64,000 nucleotides of DNA, taken from assembly GCF_009914755.1 (NCBI RefSeq), contig NC_060934.1. One strand, 5' to 3'. The DNA is from the human T2T-CHM13v2.0 reference genome, Homo sapiens. The notes beneath the pieces are model-generated. The model saw nothing but the letters and a program-made list of their open reading frames with translations. It made no database searches and was not told the DNA's origin. Shown here piece after piece: positions 30,604-44,979 of this stretch. The translations under genes and the position numbers were made by a program. Numbering within the stretch: position 1 is the first letter of the stretch; each line of letters begins with the position of its first letter.

Positions 30604-31683
30604 CTGAAAGGAACACCTAGTCATTCTCGATTTTTCAATGAGAAAACTGAGGCTCAGGGGCAAAATAACTTTGCCTGGGGTTCCACAGCTGGTTGGAGGC
30701 AGGTATGGAATGGAGTCCAGCTTTCCTGATACTTGTTCCATTATTTTTTCTCCTAAGCTTCTCCTTGCTTGCTTGGATAAAAAAAGGTAATACCAGCTAG
30801 GACACTGAATTTCAAACCCTTCATCAGCTACCAAGTGCTGCACAAATCTTCCAGAGGATATATACCAGAGAACACTCAAGAAAAACACATGCTCTTTATT
30901 TCTAGTTGGGGTTTGCCCATCTCCTTTCTTGCCCTAGTGTTCCCGGCTGGATTTTGTGTGAGTCTCAAGGACTCTCACTCTCTCTTCGGATCAACTCCTG
31001 GGTAAGAATCAAACCAAGCGGTCTAATTCCTGCTTACTCCCCATGGGTCCCCTTGGAGCATGTTTGGCCTTCCAAGGCCATTAGGCATCCCAGGCAAGAG
31101 GCGGCCTCATGGCCATCTCACTGACCAGTCTCAAAGATGAGGATGTCCCAGATATTAATAATAGCCATTGAGAATGGTAGTTTTATCATCATATAAGTGC
31201 CTACTATGCAAACAACAATATGCTAGGTGATTTACATATGCTATTTCCTTTAGTCTCCACATATCCTATAGAGTGGAACTTATTATCTTCATTTTATAGA
31301 TTTACAGATGTGGAAGCTGAGGTCAAGTGATACACCTAAAGTTTTACAGTTAAGTGGTAGGACTGAGTTTCAAATCCAGATTCCATGTGCTCAAGAGTTA
31401 TGATACTACCTTTCTCACTGGTAGAGAGATCAAAGGGTGTTTGCTCTATTTAAGGGTCCTTCATAACAAATTCCCTCCTTTCACTAAAAGCTACATGTTC
31501 CACTAAGGCAACCTAATTTTGCCTCATTAAAGATATGTCTTTTTTCTCATACATGTCAGAACTTCTCTTCTGTGTGGAAGAGACTAGATGGGGCAGGGAA
31601 AGACTGGTATTTCTCCCCGGGGTTAGAGTGTACCCTTTATGGTGAGGGTAATTTAATTACTCTTGATGAAGAAAGGACTCTAC

Positions 31684-31726
31684 CTCCATCTGGAGGTACA
31701 GGTTCTTCTGGAAGGTCCAGAAGTGC
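31684..31726 (-). other. Candidate 43-nt cassette (poison) exon
   Basis: gattttttaacag|GCAC...ATGGAG|gtagag; the donor is weak. Confidence 0.3.
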
Positions 31727-32259
31727 CTGTTAAAAAATCATTATTTTATTTTTTATACATTGCATAAAGTAAAATAGTTTTTCTATTTCTTTTTAAATGG
31801 ATATCAGGGGAAACAGGCAAAGAAATGTATACACAAATTCTATATCCTCTAAGTGTATGTCTACAGATGTGTGTGTGAATATATATGCATATATTCTTCT
31901 ACTCACTAAAATACTTGTGTTATTTTGCTTCAATAAAGCCAATACTTTTTAATTTTACTGATATCTGTTAGTGCCAGTTAACTGCCAGTGAATAAGCAGG
32001 GCTCTGTGAGTTTTGGGTGGAATGAGATGGCTGGGCTCTCAAGGCGCTATAGCCTATAAAGGAGACAGGTCCTTAAAACTCAGGAATCCATATACACTCA
32101 AATTATTTACCAAAAGAAATGAGTTTTCATATATAATTATAATTTTTATTTTTAATTCTAGGAAATAAGTTACCTTATGATTAGAGGTCAATGACATTCA
32201 ATGTATCAAATTAAAACTATAACAGACTCATCACCATTTTCCTCAGCAGTTTAACTTAC

Positions 32260-32296
32260 CTTCATCTTTTGGTGGTACTGATACAGAATTCTGCAT
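32260..32296 (-). CDS. ZNF438: ZNF438 first coding segment (MQNSVSVPPKDE + first base of Gly13) in a 68-nt exon 32327-32260
   Basis: Acceptor ttatttttag|GAAAG at 32327, ATG at 32296 (cataATGc), donor GAAG|gtaagt at 32260. The 37 nt are phase 1, matching the next exon's acceptor. Confidence 0.93.
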
Positions 32297-32327
32297 TATG
32301 ATGTACTGGACTTGAATAGTATCTTTC
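32297..32327 (-). other. ZNF438: 5' UTR part of the ZNF438 start-codon exon
   Basis: 31 nt between the acceptor and the ATG. Confidence 0.85.
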
Positions 32328-33312
32328 CTAAAAATAAGCAAGCACAAATAAGTATTAGAAAGTAATTGAGAGAGCATGTTAATGCATACTAAATATAGAA
32401 ATTCTAAGCTGTTTTTTAAAATTTGTTTTATAACTATATGAGTAATAAGAAATGGATTGAGCTATTAAGAATTGATGTTTTTATTTTCTTCTCATTTTTC
32501 TACAAATAGGATTTTATTGAATGTACTAGAATGGGCTTGGAGACAGATGCAATGACACATCAGGGGCCTTAGTCACACTTCTGCTCTCATGGGGTCATGT
32601 GTAAGTAGGCAAAGTTAGGATTCTCTGAAAATGTACTCTCTGATAATTGCTTCACATACTTTAAGAAGAAATAGCTAAAATGCTTAACAGTATAAAGGTA
32701 ATATAATTGTAATATAATCATTTGATGAAATATAACTCAGTCATTAAAATGCAACTGTGAAGATTATGTAGCAACATAAAAAATGTTAATGATGCGATGC
32801 ACTGGATAAACATGGATGAACATGCTAAATGATGGACACCAGCATTACAAATACACAAAAAATAAAGGCACAGGAAAACACATGGAAGAAAATATGTCAA
32901 TATATAAATTTACAGTGTGTTTGGTGATGGAATTACAGGTGTTCTCCCCCATTCCCCATATTTTAGCTATTTTCCAAATTGTGTATAATGTAGTGTTCCA
33001 TATTAATAAAATATCTGAATAAGACAATTCAAATATTTGAAAAATAGAAGTAAATTTTTTTATAAGTTCTTAAACAAAAAAATGTTCCTAAGCATGACAC
33101 CAAGTACAGAGCCCATTAAGGTAAAGACTGATGAATTTTTCTATTTAAAATTTTAAATATTTTTAAAGTAAGAAAATTGGACAAAATTAAAAGGCATGAT
33201 TCCTACTTCTAGCCAAGATGGAGTAACAGAGACCAGATTCATGCTTCTGCCTGAAACAACCAAAACACAGACAGAACATATGAAACAATGTCTTCAAAAC
33301 ACTGAACATCAG

Positions 33313-34186
33313 TGATGGAAGCAGGAGGCAGAGAAATTCTAGGCAGACAGGGGCGGGTCCCCAGTGAAACAGCACCTTCAAGTCAAAGTAGCCTGAAACC
33401 TGCTGCCCAAGGTGAGAACTTCTATCCCTGTTTGCCTGTTCTCTCCTGATTGGTTCTTTCTGAATAATGTCTTTTTACCAATCGAATGTTGCCTTTTCCA
33501 AAACTACCCATGGCTTGCCCTGCACCCCCATTCTGTGCCTCTAAAGACCCTGGACTCAGTCAGTAGAGGAGAGAAGCAGCTTGACTGGAGAGAAGCAACT
33601 TGACTTCAGAGGGACAGCTGGACTTCAGAGGAAAGATAGCTTAACTTCAGAGGGACGCTCTGACTTCAGGGAAGATTACCTGACCATCCCATCCCCCTTT
33701 CCAGCTCCTCTCTCCACTGAGAGACATCCATCGCTAAATAAAATTATCTGCCTCCACCATCCTTCAAGTGTCAGCATGACCTCGTTCTTCTTGGACACCA
33801 CACAAGGGCTTGGGACCCACTGGATGCAGGTACCCAAAAAAGGCTGTCACACTAGCCCTTTGCCCTTGCTGGTGGAGTGTAGACACCCCACATGACAAGA
33901 CAAGGGGCCCACTGAGCTGATAACACTGCTGTCCATAAACGGTAAAGCTAAGCTAAGAGGGCATTGTAGCATGACCTCTGGGATTCTGGGGATCACAGGC
34001 ACTCCCACCTGGGCACCGCCACAGGGTGTGCATGGAGCTTGCTCCTGCCGGCACCCAAAGCAGCCAGCCTGAACCCACTCGCTTGCTCACGTGCTCCCTC
34101 CTGCAAGGGGTTGAGTGTGGCAGGCTGAGTAAACAGGGCACCCCCATTGCAAATCTGACAAAGGGGTCGAGAAAAATCCTGCATCA
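33313..34186 (+). mobile_element. LTR28/LTR27-like ERV1 solo LTR
   Basis: TGATG...CATCA termini, 4-bp TSD tcag (33309-33312, 34187-34190), internal gacttcagag repeats, AATAAA. Confidence 0.85.
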
Positions 34187-35410
34187 TCAGGTCAAGAAAA
34201 ACTGATCCCCGAGAGCCAGGAAACAATTGCAATGAGCCCTATTGAAACAACTGCGATGAGCTCTATGTGAGGACAGATCCTTGCAGAGATTTCCAGAATA
34301 CTGGAAAAGAGAGCTACACACAGACACAGCACAACAGAGAGGGTCCTCGCTGGGTTATTTACCTTTGTAATGATCAGCACAGGCAAGTGAGGAAACACCC
34401 CAAGACCAGGGAAAGGTCCAAGGTACACTACAGTCACAGAAGAACGGGAATATTGCCTGTTCCCATTAGCTAGGGTAAAAAAACTCATAATCCACAAAGG
34501 AATGGGTAGAGTACACAGAAGGGTCTTGCCTTAGTAGGGGGGAATACTTAATTCTAAACTGTGCATTTCTCTGGTTTCACGTAAATCTTAAAGCAAGACA
34601 TGAAAGAATCAAACTGTTTCAAACTATTTTAACTATGTACCAGAAAAAATCACAAAATATTTATAGAAATACAAAAATATCTACCACCCAATAAAGTAAA
34701 ATTCATAATGACTGACATCTAATAAAAATTATCAAGCATGCAGAAACTCAGAAAAATATGATCCATAATTTAGAAAACAATCAAAACTGAGCAGGACTGA
34801 CATATATTAGAATTAGCAGACAAGGACATTAAGTGTGTAACTAGATTTCATGTGCTCAAAATGTTAAGTACAGGTAGAAAAGACATGAAAAAATTCAAAT
34901 AAAATTTCTAGAGATAAAAACTATAATGTATAAGATGAAAAATATACTGCATGAAATTAATGGCACATTAGACACGTCAGAAGAAAATATTAGCAAATCT
35001 GAAGGCACAGCTATTGAGACTACACAGAATGGAGAAGACAGTAAAATTAAAAAAACAAAAAACAAAAATCAGAATTGAGAGCATCAGTGAGCTGCAGGCC
35101 AACTTTAAGAAGATTAACATACCAGTATTTGAAGAGGGGCGAGATGGAAGGGCAAAAAAATTATTTTAAGAAAGAATGGCAGAACATTTTCCAAATTTGA
35201 TGAAGCTGTGAACACACAGATCCAAACATCTCAAAACACTGATTCAAGAGAAACATGAAAACATATTAAGGTATATCATTGCCAAACTGCTCAAAACTGG
35301 TGAAAAAAAAAAGTTTTTAAAGCACCCAGAGAAAAAGACACATTGCATATAAAGGAACAATGATAAGGATAACAACAGATTTCTTACTATTAATAAAATG
35401 ATGCAAGTCT

Positions 35411-35796
<386 letters not shown>

Positions 35797-38700
35797 CTAG
35801 GCCCTGATGTCTTCTCTGGTGACTTCTACTGAATATTTAAGGAGGAAATTATACCAATTATATATAAATCCTTCCAGAAAATTGAAAAGGAGGAAATGTT
35901 TACTATCTAAAAAGGCCGGATTATCTAGATATCAAAACCAGACAAATCCAGACATAGAAAAGATTCCTATGTCCCAATATCCCTCATAAGTACAGATGCA
36001 AAAGTAATAAACAAACTACTAGTAAATCAAATCCAACAATATGAGAATACGTCATGACCAAGTAGAGATATCCAGGAATACACAACTGGTTTAACATTCA
36101 AAATAAATGCAATTTACCATCTTAATGTTATAAAAGAAAACTACATGATTATTTAAACAGACACAAAAATTGTATGTGATAAAATCCAACATCCATTACT
36201 GATTAAAAAAAAACAACCCTTTATAAATTAAGAATAGAAAGGAACTCCTCACTCTGGTGAAACACATCTTATGAGAAACCTAAAGCTAAAATCATGCTAA
36301 ATAATGAAAGACTGAATGCTTTTCCTCCAAGTTCACAAACAAGAGAAGGATATCTATTCTCACCACTTCTATTCAACCCTGTATTGGAAGTTCTAGCCAG
36401 TGCAATAGAGCAAAAATAAATAAAATGTATTCAGATTGTGAAGCAAGACTTAAAATGGTCTTTATCTGCAGATGACATGATTGTCTAATTAGAAAATTCA
36501 ATAGAATCTACAAAAAAAGCTCTTCTAATAACTGAGTTTAGCAAGGTTACACAATACAAGATCAATATGCAAAAATAAATTATATTTTTGTATCCTAGAA
36601 ATAATCAGAAATTGAGACAATAAATCAGAAATTGAGACACCATTTATAACAGCATAAAAATGAAATAATTAAGGATAAGCCTGGCAAAGTATGCGAAAGA
36701 CCTATACACTGAAAACTAAAAAACACTCATAGAGAGAAATTTTAAAAGATCTAAACAAATGAAGAGATATATACCACATTCAAAGGTTGGAAGACTCGAT
36801 GTTGTTAAAATGGCAATTCTCTTCAAATAAATATATAAATTCAATGTGATCCTAATCAAAATCCCAGTAGACTTTTTGTAGAAATTAACCAATTTAATTT
36901 TTAAAATTCACATGAAAATAGAGCTCAGAATAATCAAAATTTTCTTAAAAAAGAAGAAAGAAATCAGACTAATGCTACTTTAGTTTCAAGAAAGAGATAT
37001 ATAGATCAATGCAACAAAATAGAGAGTCCATAAATAAATCTACACAGATATGTATTTTCATGAGAGTCCAAAGGGAAAGCTGTGGAACATGAATAGTCCC
37101 TTCAACAAAGGATGATGCTTTCTCTGTATGCAAAAAACAAAAAAGAACTTTGAGCCACACCTCACACCATATACAAAATTTGAAATGCATCATATACCCA
37201 AATGTAAAACACAAAACTTCTGAAATATAAAACTTCTAAAAGAAAATACTGTGCCCTTTAGTCAGGCAAAGGTATCTTGGACATGGCATCTGAAACATAA
37301 TCCATAAAATAACAAACTAATATGCTAAACTTCATCAAAATTGCAAAATTCTGCTCTTCAAAAGATATCAATAAGACAATGAAAAGACGAGCCATAAATG
37401 GGAGAAACTATTTGAAAATAATCTGATAAAGAAATTGTATATAAAAACTCTCAAAACTAAATAAGAAAACAAATCTCCCAATTTACAATGGGCTAAAGAG
37501 GTGAACATACACTTCTCCAAAAAAGATAACTGGCCTGCAAATAAGAACATAAGAAGATGTTCAACATCACTGGTTATTAAGAAAAGATACACCTGCCTTA
37601 GGATCCAGCTAATCCCTTCCTACCAACCCAAGAGAAACAAAAGCAAATGTCTATACAAAAACTTGTACAAAGAATGTTCACAGCAGCTATATTTGTAGTA
37701 GTTCCAAGCCAGAAACAACCCAAATGTTCACCAACAGATGGAATATATAAACATACAATGGAACATTACTCAGCATTTTAAAGGAACTGTTGACCTACAT
37801 CACAATAGAAATGAAGAAACATGATGCTATATGAAAGAAGATAGACATTAAAGAGCAATACTCTATGATTCTACTTGCATAAGATTTTAGAGACTATAAA
37901 CTATAGTGGCAGAAAGCAGATCAATGGTTGCCTGGGGACAGGGGAGACAGAGAAGGTTGGGGGGACAGACTCTATAAGCAGACCTGAGAAACAACATATA
38001 CCCATCCATCGAGGTGAAGAATATATTCATTATCTTGATTATGATTAAGGTTCCAAGGGTATATACGTATATCAAAATTTATCTCATTGTACTTTAAATA
38101 TATGCAATTGACTGTATGCCAATCGTATCCTAATATAGCTGTTAAAAATTAAAAGGTAAATATTGGGAAAAAATTTAAAAATTCTAATAGACATACAGAC
38201 ATACATTTATTCATTTAACAGATGTTGTTTGCAGTATTACTATGCACTCTGGAAAAGATATACTGGACATGGTTCTTGTATTCTTGTCTAATATAAAAGA
38301 AATAACAATGAGATAATGCTCTACTATAAAAATGAGTAAGGACTTAAAAAATTTATAGAAGACAACATTTAACAAGTAATCATCAGAAAGAATGTTAAGA
38401 CTTACTAAAAATCAAAGAATTGCAAATTTCTAAAATAATACTACTTTTTTGCCTCTAAATTGGCAGAAAAATGATAATACAAACTTTGGGGGAAGTCTGA
38501 GGAAAGGGGTATGCTCATTTACTTCCTGTATTATAGTTGGTACAAACTCTCTGGCAATGTGCATCCTGAGCTTTATAATTCTGCATTCCTTTTGGCCCAG
38601 ACCTTCCTTCCTTCCACATGCAGGAATTTTGCTCAAAAAATCATCATTGTAATGTGTAAAGCCATCATCATTATCATCATCCTCATTACCTTTAAAGAAA

Positions 38701-38852
38701 TGTTAAGGGTGCTATTTAAAATACACAAAAAATGTAAAACTTAGAATTAGGGTATATTTTTATAATAAAGCCATTTTTAAAAATGTTTCTTAAAATATTA
38801 AGAAATATAAAAATTGCTTATGACATGTTTTTGTATAAAGGGGCTGGTTATT

Positions 38853-39166
38853 GCCATATGCTGTGGCTCACGCCTGTAATCCCAACACTTTTGGGGGCAG
38901 AGGTGGAAGCATCGCCTAAGCCCAGAGTTTGAGACCAGCCTGAGCAACACAGTGAAACCCATCTCTACAAAAAATACAAAAAACCCATCTCTACAAAAAA
39001 TACAAAAATTGGCCAGGTGCGTATCCATAGTCCAGATACTCTGGAAGCTGAGGTGGGAGGATCCCTTGACGACAGGAGGTTGAGGTTGCAGTGAGCCCTG
39101 ACTGTGCCACTGCACGCACTCCAGACTAAGTGACAGACTGAGACTCTGTTTTCACTCCAGAAAAAA
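38853..39166 (+). mobile_element. AluJ with an internal 26-bp tandem duplication
   Basis: aaacccatctctacaaaaaatacaaa twice (38955-39006). Confidence 0.9.
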
Positions 39167-41144
39167 GTGTTAGTTACAGATCAGTATGGTTCAGTTATTT
39201 TTTTCATAACTCATGAGAAAAATTACCCAATATTAAAAGTATGCATCTCTCAGTGGGGCATTAAAGTGCTACATAATCTTCCTTTTTATGCTTATAAAGT
39301 GATATTACAAAGTTTCCCCAATGAATAAATACTGCTTTTGCAATCAGAAAAAAATGTTTTTATTTTCATTGTTTTGAAATACTATGTTAGAAGAGGAGTG
39401 CCATCAAAATAATTTTAACTGTATTCCTAATATCTTGGTATTTCATGTAGGACACCCACTCAAATGAAGCTGTATTGTTTTTTGCTGTGACACAAAGCAT
39501 TGCTGCATTTAATTCTATTATAATTATTAAACATGAATAAGTTATATAATAAATATACCTAACACTTATTAAAAAATTTTTGGATAGTTACAATATTGCA
39601 TCCTCTGATTTGATCCTCTGATTTGACTGGATAATAATATAAATATGCTAGAGGAAAATATGCATTAAATAGTTACATAAAATCTAACAGTATTTAATAA
39701 ACCTTATACGATTCCTTGAGTAAGTGTGCATTTTTACTCAAGGAATCATAGTATAGCACTAACAGCCACTGCATCCTTCATAGTTTATAAGGAAAAACCT
39801 CTGAAAATTATAACCTGACTTTTCTTAAATTGCTGAAAAGTATATTAAATAGAAAAATCTATCAGAAAGGAATAAAATTAAAGAATGCAAACAGCAAATA
39901 CAATCAATGATAGCAAGATCTAATACAATGTGCTTTATAAACCAGTTACATGATTACTTTTTATTTTAGTTAATAAGCCATATTTAAAGAGAGTTGATTA
40001 AAAATGAAAATTAGGTGAATTGGTTACTTGACAAAGTGACAGCCTGATGTAAATGAAAATTTTTCCATTTATTCCTTGTTGAAGAAATCTAAGGCAGACA
40101 CTGCTTTGTCTTTGTTATGCTGCTTTGCTAAGGTTCCTAAAAATAAATGTAGATAAAGAAACATAAGAGAATAACAGAAAATAATTTGCTCCATGCTCAA
40201 CATGCTGATTAACTTTAACCCATGTTGTGAGTACATGTATAAGTGCATGCTCTTGTATGTGTATGTGGCCACCAGTCACAGAGTTGCGATGTAGATGTCA
40301 ATCTAGATTATTATTTCTAGGAAACTATTTCCTAGGGAATAAACATGTCATATATCATCACACTGACATACTGTCATTCAGATAAATGCCATAATATAAT
40401 AAATTTGGCCAGGATAACTTAAAACATGCAAATATAAAAAAGGTAATGAGTCTTTTAATGTCTCAGAGCTTTAGGTAATTCATAACAGGCTTTTCTTTAT
40501 ACATTAAGATAATGTTACTAACCTACTTTGATTGGGCAGCTGCTCTTTTGACAGGCCGTCTTCCAGTTTTGATTCTACTGTTAGGCTGTGCCTCTTGATT
40601 TTAAAATGTAACAGGTTGATAATCACACAAGATCTTATTTTCAGCCTAGAACCAGTCAGTGAAGCCATGGATGACAGCTTCACCTAGATTGTATTCTACA
40701 CTGTAGCTCTTTTGCAACAAATGCTACTATGTGCTAGACCTACCACTAGGTAATTCACAAATACCTCATCCACATATGAGGATCTGCACTGTTATCATCA
40801 AGTTAAGAAACTGAGGTGCTCAAAGAAAATTAAGCAACTTGCTCAAGGTCACTCAGATGGGCCAGAATTCATTCCCAAGGTGTGTGTCATTTCCATATAT
40901 ACACTCCTCATGCTCTCCTGAGTGCAGCTTCTCCCTCTCCCTCTGCCCCTCATCCCTTTCCCATGCATACATGTACCTATAGACAAGGGTGTTCTGATGG
41001 AAATCAATGTAGAATGTCTCTGTGCAACTATTAAAAATAAAGGAAAGTCAGTAAAACAAAGAATGGCAAGGACAAAGTAATAGGGAAAAGTGAGTTTTAT
41101 AAAAAGCTGGGAAAGGAACGAACCTGGGAAATAAAAAAATTCAA

Positions 41145-41372
41145 GGGGAGATGCTAGCCATCTTCAAATATCTGAAGAACTGTTATTTTAGAAGCAGGAT
41201 TAGAGGAATCCTACGTAACTCCAGTGGACAGGACTAGGACCAGTAAGGAAGACAAAGTTACAAGGAGGCAAATTTCAACTGGATATAAGAAAGAGCTTTC
41301 TCATGATTACTGATACTCAACTATGGACTGGATGCTATATAACTTCATCACTGAAAAACCTGAAGAAGCTGA
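41145..41372 (+). mobile_element. L3/CR1 LINE fragment
   Basis: tcttcaaatatctgaag...ggaggcaaatttcaactggatataagaaagagctttct, a typical CR1 3' end. Confidence 0.65.
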
Positions 41373-41686
41373 GTGAAGCCTTTTATTGTTAACTATCAAA
41401 ATAAATACATATTAGTATTCCTTAGGAATATGGCAGGAAAGAACTCCAAAATGTTGTATAAACTCAGACACCATATAACTGAAAATGCCACCTTTTTCTT
41501 TTGCCATAACATGAAAATGGTTATGACATATGGAAGAAAAATAGGAACTGCCTGGATGAACTTGTAATTCTTAAGTATTCAATGCTGCTCTTTGCCTTTA
41601 TATACTTAGGTGTTGTTTGAAAATTTTTAATGCACTTGAGGATGAATTTTCCTGGCTTGTTTTAAGTAATTTCATGTACCCATTTA

Positions 41687-42049
41687 CAGATGCCCCTTCA
41701 ACTTATGATGGGGCTATATACTGATAAACCCATCCTAAGTCTTGAAAATAGCATAATTCAAAAATGTGTTGAATACACCTAACCTACCAAACGTCGTAAC
41801 TTAGCCTACCTTAAACATGCTCAGAATACTTAAATTAGCCTATAGTTAGGCAAAATCATCTAACACAAAGCCTGTTTTATAATAAAGTGTTGAATATCTC
41901 ATGTAATTTATTGAATACTGTGCTAAAAGTGATAAACAGAATGGCTGTATGGCTAGTCAAAGTACAGTTTCTACTGAATGCACATGGCTTTCGCACCATT
42001 GTAAAGTTGAAAAATCTTGAGTTGAACTAAGGTACATCAGGGACTGTTG
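41687..42049 (+). mobile_element. MER47A (Tigger) DNA transposon
   Basis: cagatgccccttcaacttatgatgggg... matches the recalled consensus. Confidence 0.8.
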
Positions 42050-42189
42050 GTCCATTTCATTAACTTTTTTTGTTTTTTTACTTTTAAAGTAACGTTATTG
42101 AAGGATAATTTACATTCAACAAAATGCACCCCACTTTAAGATGAGCTTTGACAAATGTATATACCTTTACGGTGATCACTGTATTAATC

Positions 42190-43030
42190 ATGGCTTTTTG
42201 TTAAATTTTATGATGATTTGACATCTTAGAGGACTTGCTAGAGAGGGGAAGATACTGCCCCTTCCAGGGCTAGCTAATTCCTATATATTGCAAATGACTC
42301 CCCTGTGAGCGTGTCTTTCATACGCAAACCAACCAATCCAAAGCCCATATCCTCAATCACATCCTTTATCTAACTAACACACCAAGCCAATATTTCTCCA
42401 GCCTAAATCACTGGAGTGAGATGGACTACCTTATAGGCCAGGGACCACTGAAATTATTCAAGCTAGCCAATGTTAAACAGCTTTTCATATCCTACCTTGT
42501 CTTTCCTGGGGAAACTACAACAAAGGCTCTGGGCCATGCTTTCCCCTGGCTCCTTCTGCCTCCTGACTGACCCAGGTGCTTCTCCCTGTGGCTTTGAATG
42601 GTATGCTGCGCCCCCTCCTCTCAGGGACTGTAAGTAATAAACTCTTTTTTTTTGAGACGGAGTCTCACACTGTTGCCCAGGCTGGAGTGCAGTGGTGAGG
42701 TCTCGGCTCACTGTACTCCAGCCCAGATTCCTCCTCCGGCTCCCGGGTTCAAGCGATTCTCCTGCCTCAGGCTCCTGAGTAGCTGGGATTACAGATGCCA
42801 GCCATCACGTCCAGCTAATTTTTTGTATTTTTAGTAGAGACGGGGTTTCACCATGTTGGCCAGGCTGGTCTCGAACTCCTGACCTCCTGATCTGCCCATC
42901 TCGGCCTCCCAAAGTGCTGGGATTACAGGCGTGAGCCACCGCGCCCGGCCTAAACTCCTCTTTCAAAGGCAGTTGTCTCCTGTCACTTTACTATACCTGA
43001 CTAAAACAAACCCAAGTACATTTTAAAACA
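42190..43030 (+). mobile_element. MER77-like ERVL LTR
   Basis: ccagggctagctaattcct, CCAAT boxes, AATAAA, terminus ...acattttaaaaca. Confidence 0.65.
42645..42950 (-). mobile_element. AluS with a fold-back insertion
   Basis: Reverse Alu; TSD taaactc. Confidence 0.95.
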
Positions 43031-43605
43031 ATCACCCTATTGAAAATATATAATATTATCTCAAAAGTCCCCTTGTGCTCTTCTGTAATAAATTTCCACC
43101 CTCACCTATGGCCCCAGGCAATCACTGATGTTTTCTGTCACTATAAATTAGTTTTGCTTGTCCTAGAATTTCCTGTCATTTCATATACATCAGACAGTAA
43201 CTATTCACTTATTATGTGTATCAGTAGACCATTCCTTTCTGTTGCTGAATCATATTCCATTATATGAATATAACACAATTTTTAATCCATTAACTGATAT
43301 GCATTTGAGTTGCTGCCAGTTTTTGGTTATCATGAATTAATATAAATATAAATGTGTGTGTCCAAGTTTCTGTATAGATAAATGTTTTAATATCTCTTGG
43401 GTAAAAACCTGGGAGTGGAATTATTAAGTGGTCTATTAAGCACGGACCACTTAACTTTAGAAGCAATTGCTTGTTCTCCATAGTGGTTGTACTATATTTC
43501 ATTTATTTAAAAAAGCTACCTCTTCTAAGCAATGATGGAATTTATGTTTCTCAAGAGCAAGAGAACCCAAATACCTTCAGGCCCACTTTAGTTATATAAT
43601 ATTAT

Positions 43606-43607
<2 letters not shown>

Positions 43608-43643
<36 letters not shown>

Positions 43644-43646
43644 ACA
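43608..43646. repeat. (CA)n microsatellite
   Basis: About 19 CA units with one interruption. Confidence 0.95.
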
Positions 43647-43651
43647 TTTAG

Positions 43652-44311
43652 CTTTTATTTTAGGTTCAGGAGTACATGTGCGAGTTTGATATATAGGTAA
43701 ACTCATGTCATGGGAGTCTGCTGTACAGATTATTTTGTTACCCAGGTACTAAACCTAATACCCAATAGTTATTTTTTCTGCTCCTCTCCCTCCTCCCACC
43801 CTCCACCCTCTACCCTCAAGTAGGCTCCAGGGTCTGTTGTTCCCTTGTGTCCACGTGTTCTCATCATTTAGCTCCCACTTATAAGTGAGAACATGCAGTA
43901 TTTGGTTTGCTGTTCCTGCATTAGTTTGCTAAGGATGATGGCCTCCAGCTCCAACCATGTTCCTATAAAGGGCATGATCTCATTCTTTTTTATGGCTGCA
44001 TCGTATTCCATGGTGTGTATGTACCACAATTTCTTCATCCAGTACCACTGATGGGCATTTTAGGTTGATTCTATGTCTTTGCTATTGTGAATAGTGCTGC
44101 AATGAACATATGTCTGCATATGTCTTTGCAGTAAAATTATTTATATTCCTTTGGGTTTATACCCAGTGATGGGATTGCTGGATCCAATTGTAGTTCTATT
44201 TTTAGGTCTTTGAGGAATCACCACACTGCTTTCCACAGTGACCAAACTAATTTATACTCCCACCAACAGTGTATAAGCCATTTCCTTTTCTCTTCAACCT
44301 TGTCAGCATCT
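43652..44311 (-). mobile_element. L1PA15/16-like 3' end
   Basis: ctcccacttataagtgagaacatgcagtatttgg, diagnostic of the L1PA 3' UTR. Confidence 0.85.
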
Positions 44312-44709
44312 AACATGCACACACATATATATACAATAATATCTAATAGAAGCTAATAGTACATAAATCCTGACTAATAATAGTACTCATCATTTGCTCA
44401 ATTGTAATAACAGTATTCTTCATTGGCTCAACTGTAATGCTTATTCTTATCTCAATCTGTCCCATTTCAGAAACAAATAAAAACAAAATTCTCAAAATGT
44501 TACTAAAGCTTTAGAGGAGCTAAAACTTAATCTACAGAATAAATTTTAATCCACATAGTAAATTCTTAATGCTTATATTGATATTTGCATTAATACAATG
44601 TATCAATGTTTGGCAATCACCTTCCTTCCCTAAATGGCTGCATGCTGCTAACGGGTTTGATTAAAAAATACTCCCCTCCCCTCTTCCCTCCTCTCTTCTC
44701 TCGTCTCCT

Positions 44710-44979
<270 letters not shown>

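Larger units (their letters stand above)
42080..43500 (-). mobile_element. Old L1M 3' fragment hosting MER77 and an Alu
   Basis: Reverse L1 3' UTR motifs on both sides of the LTR. Confidence 0.6.
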
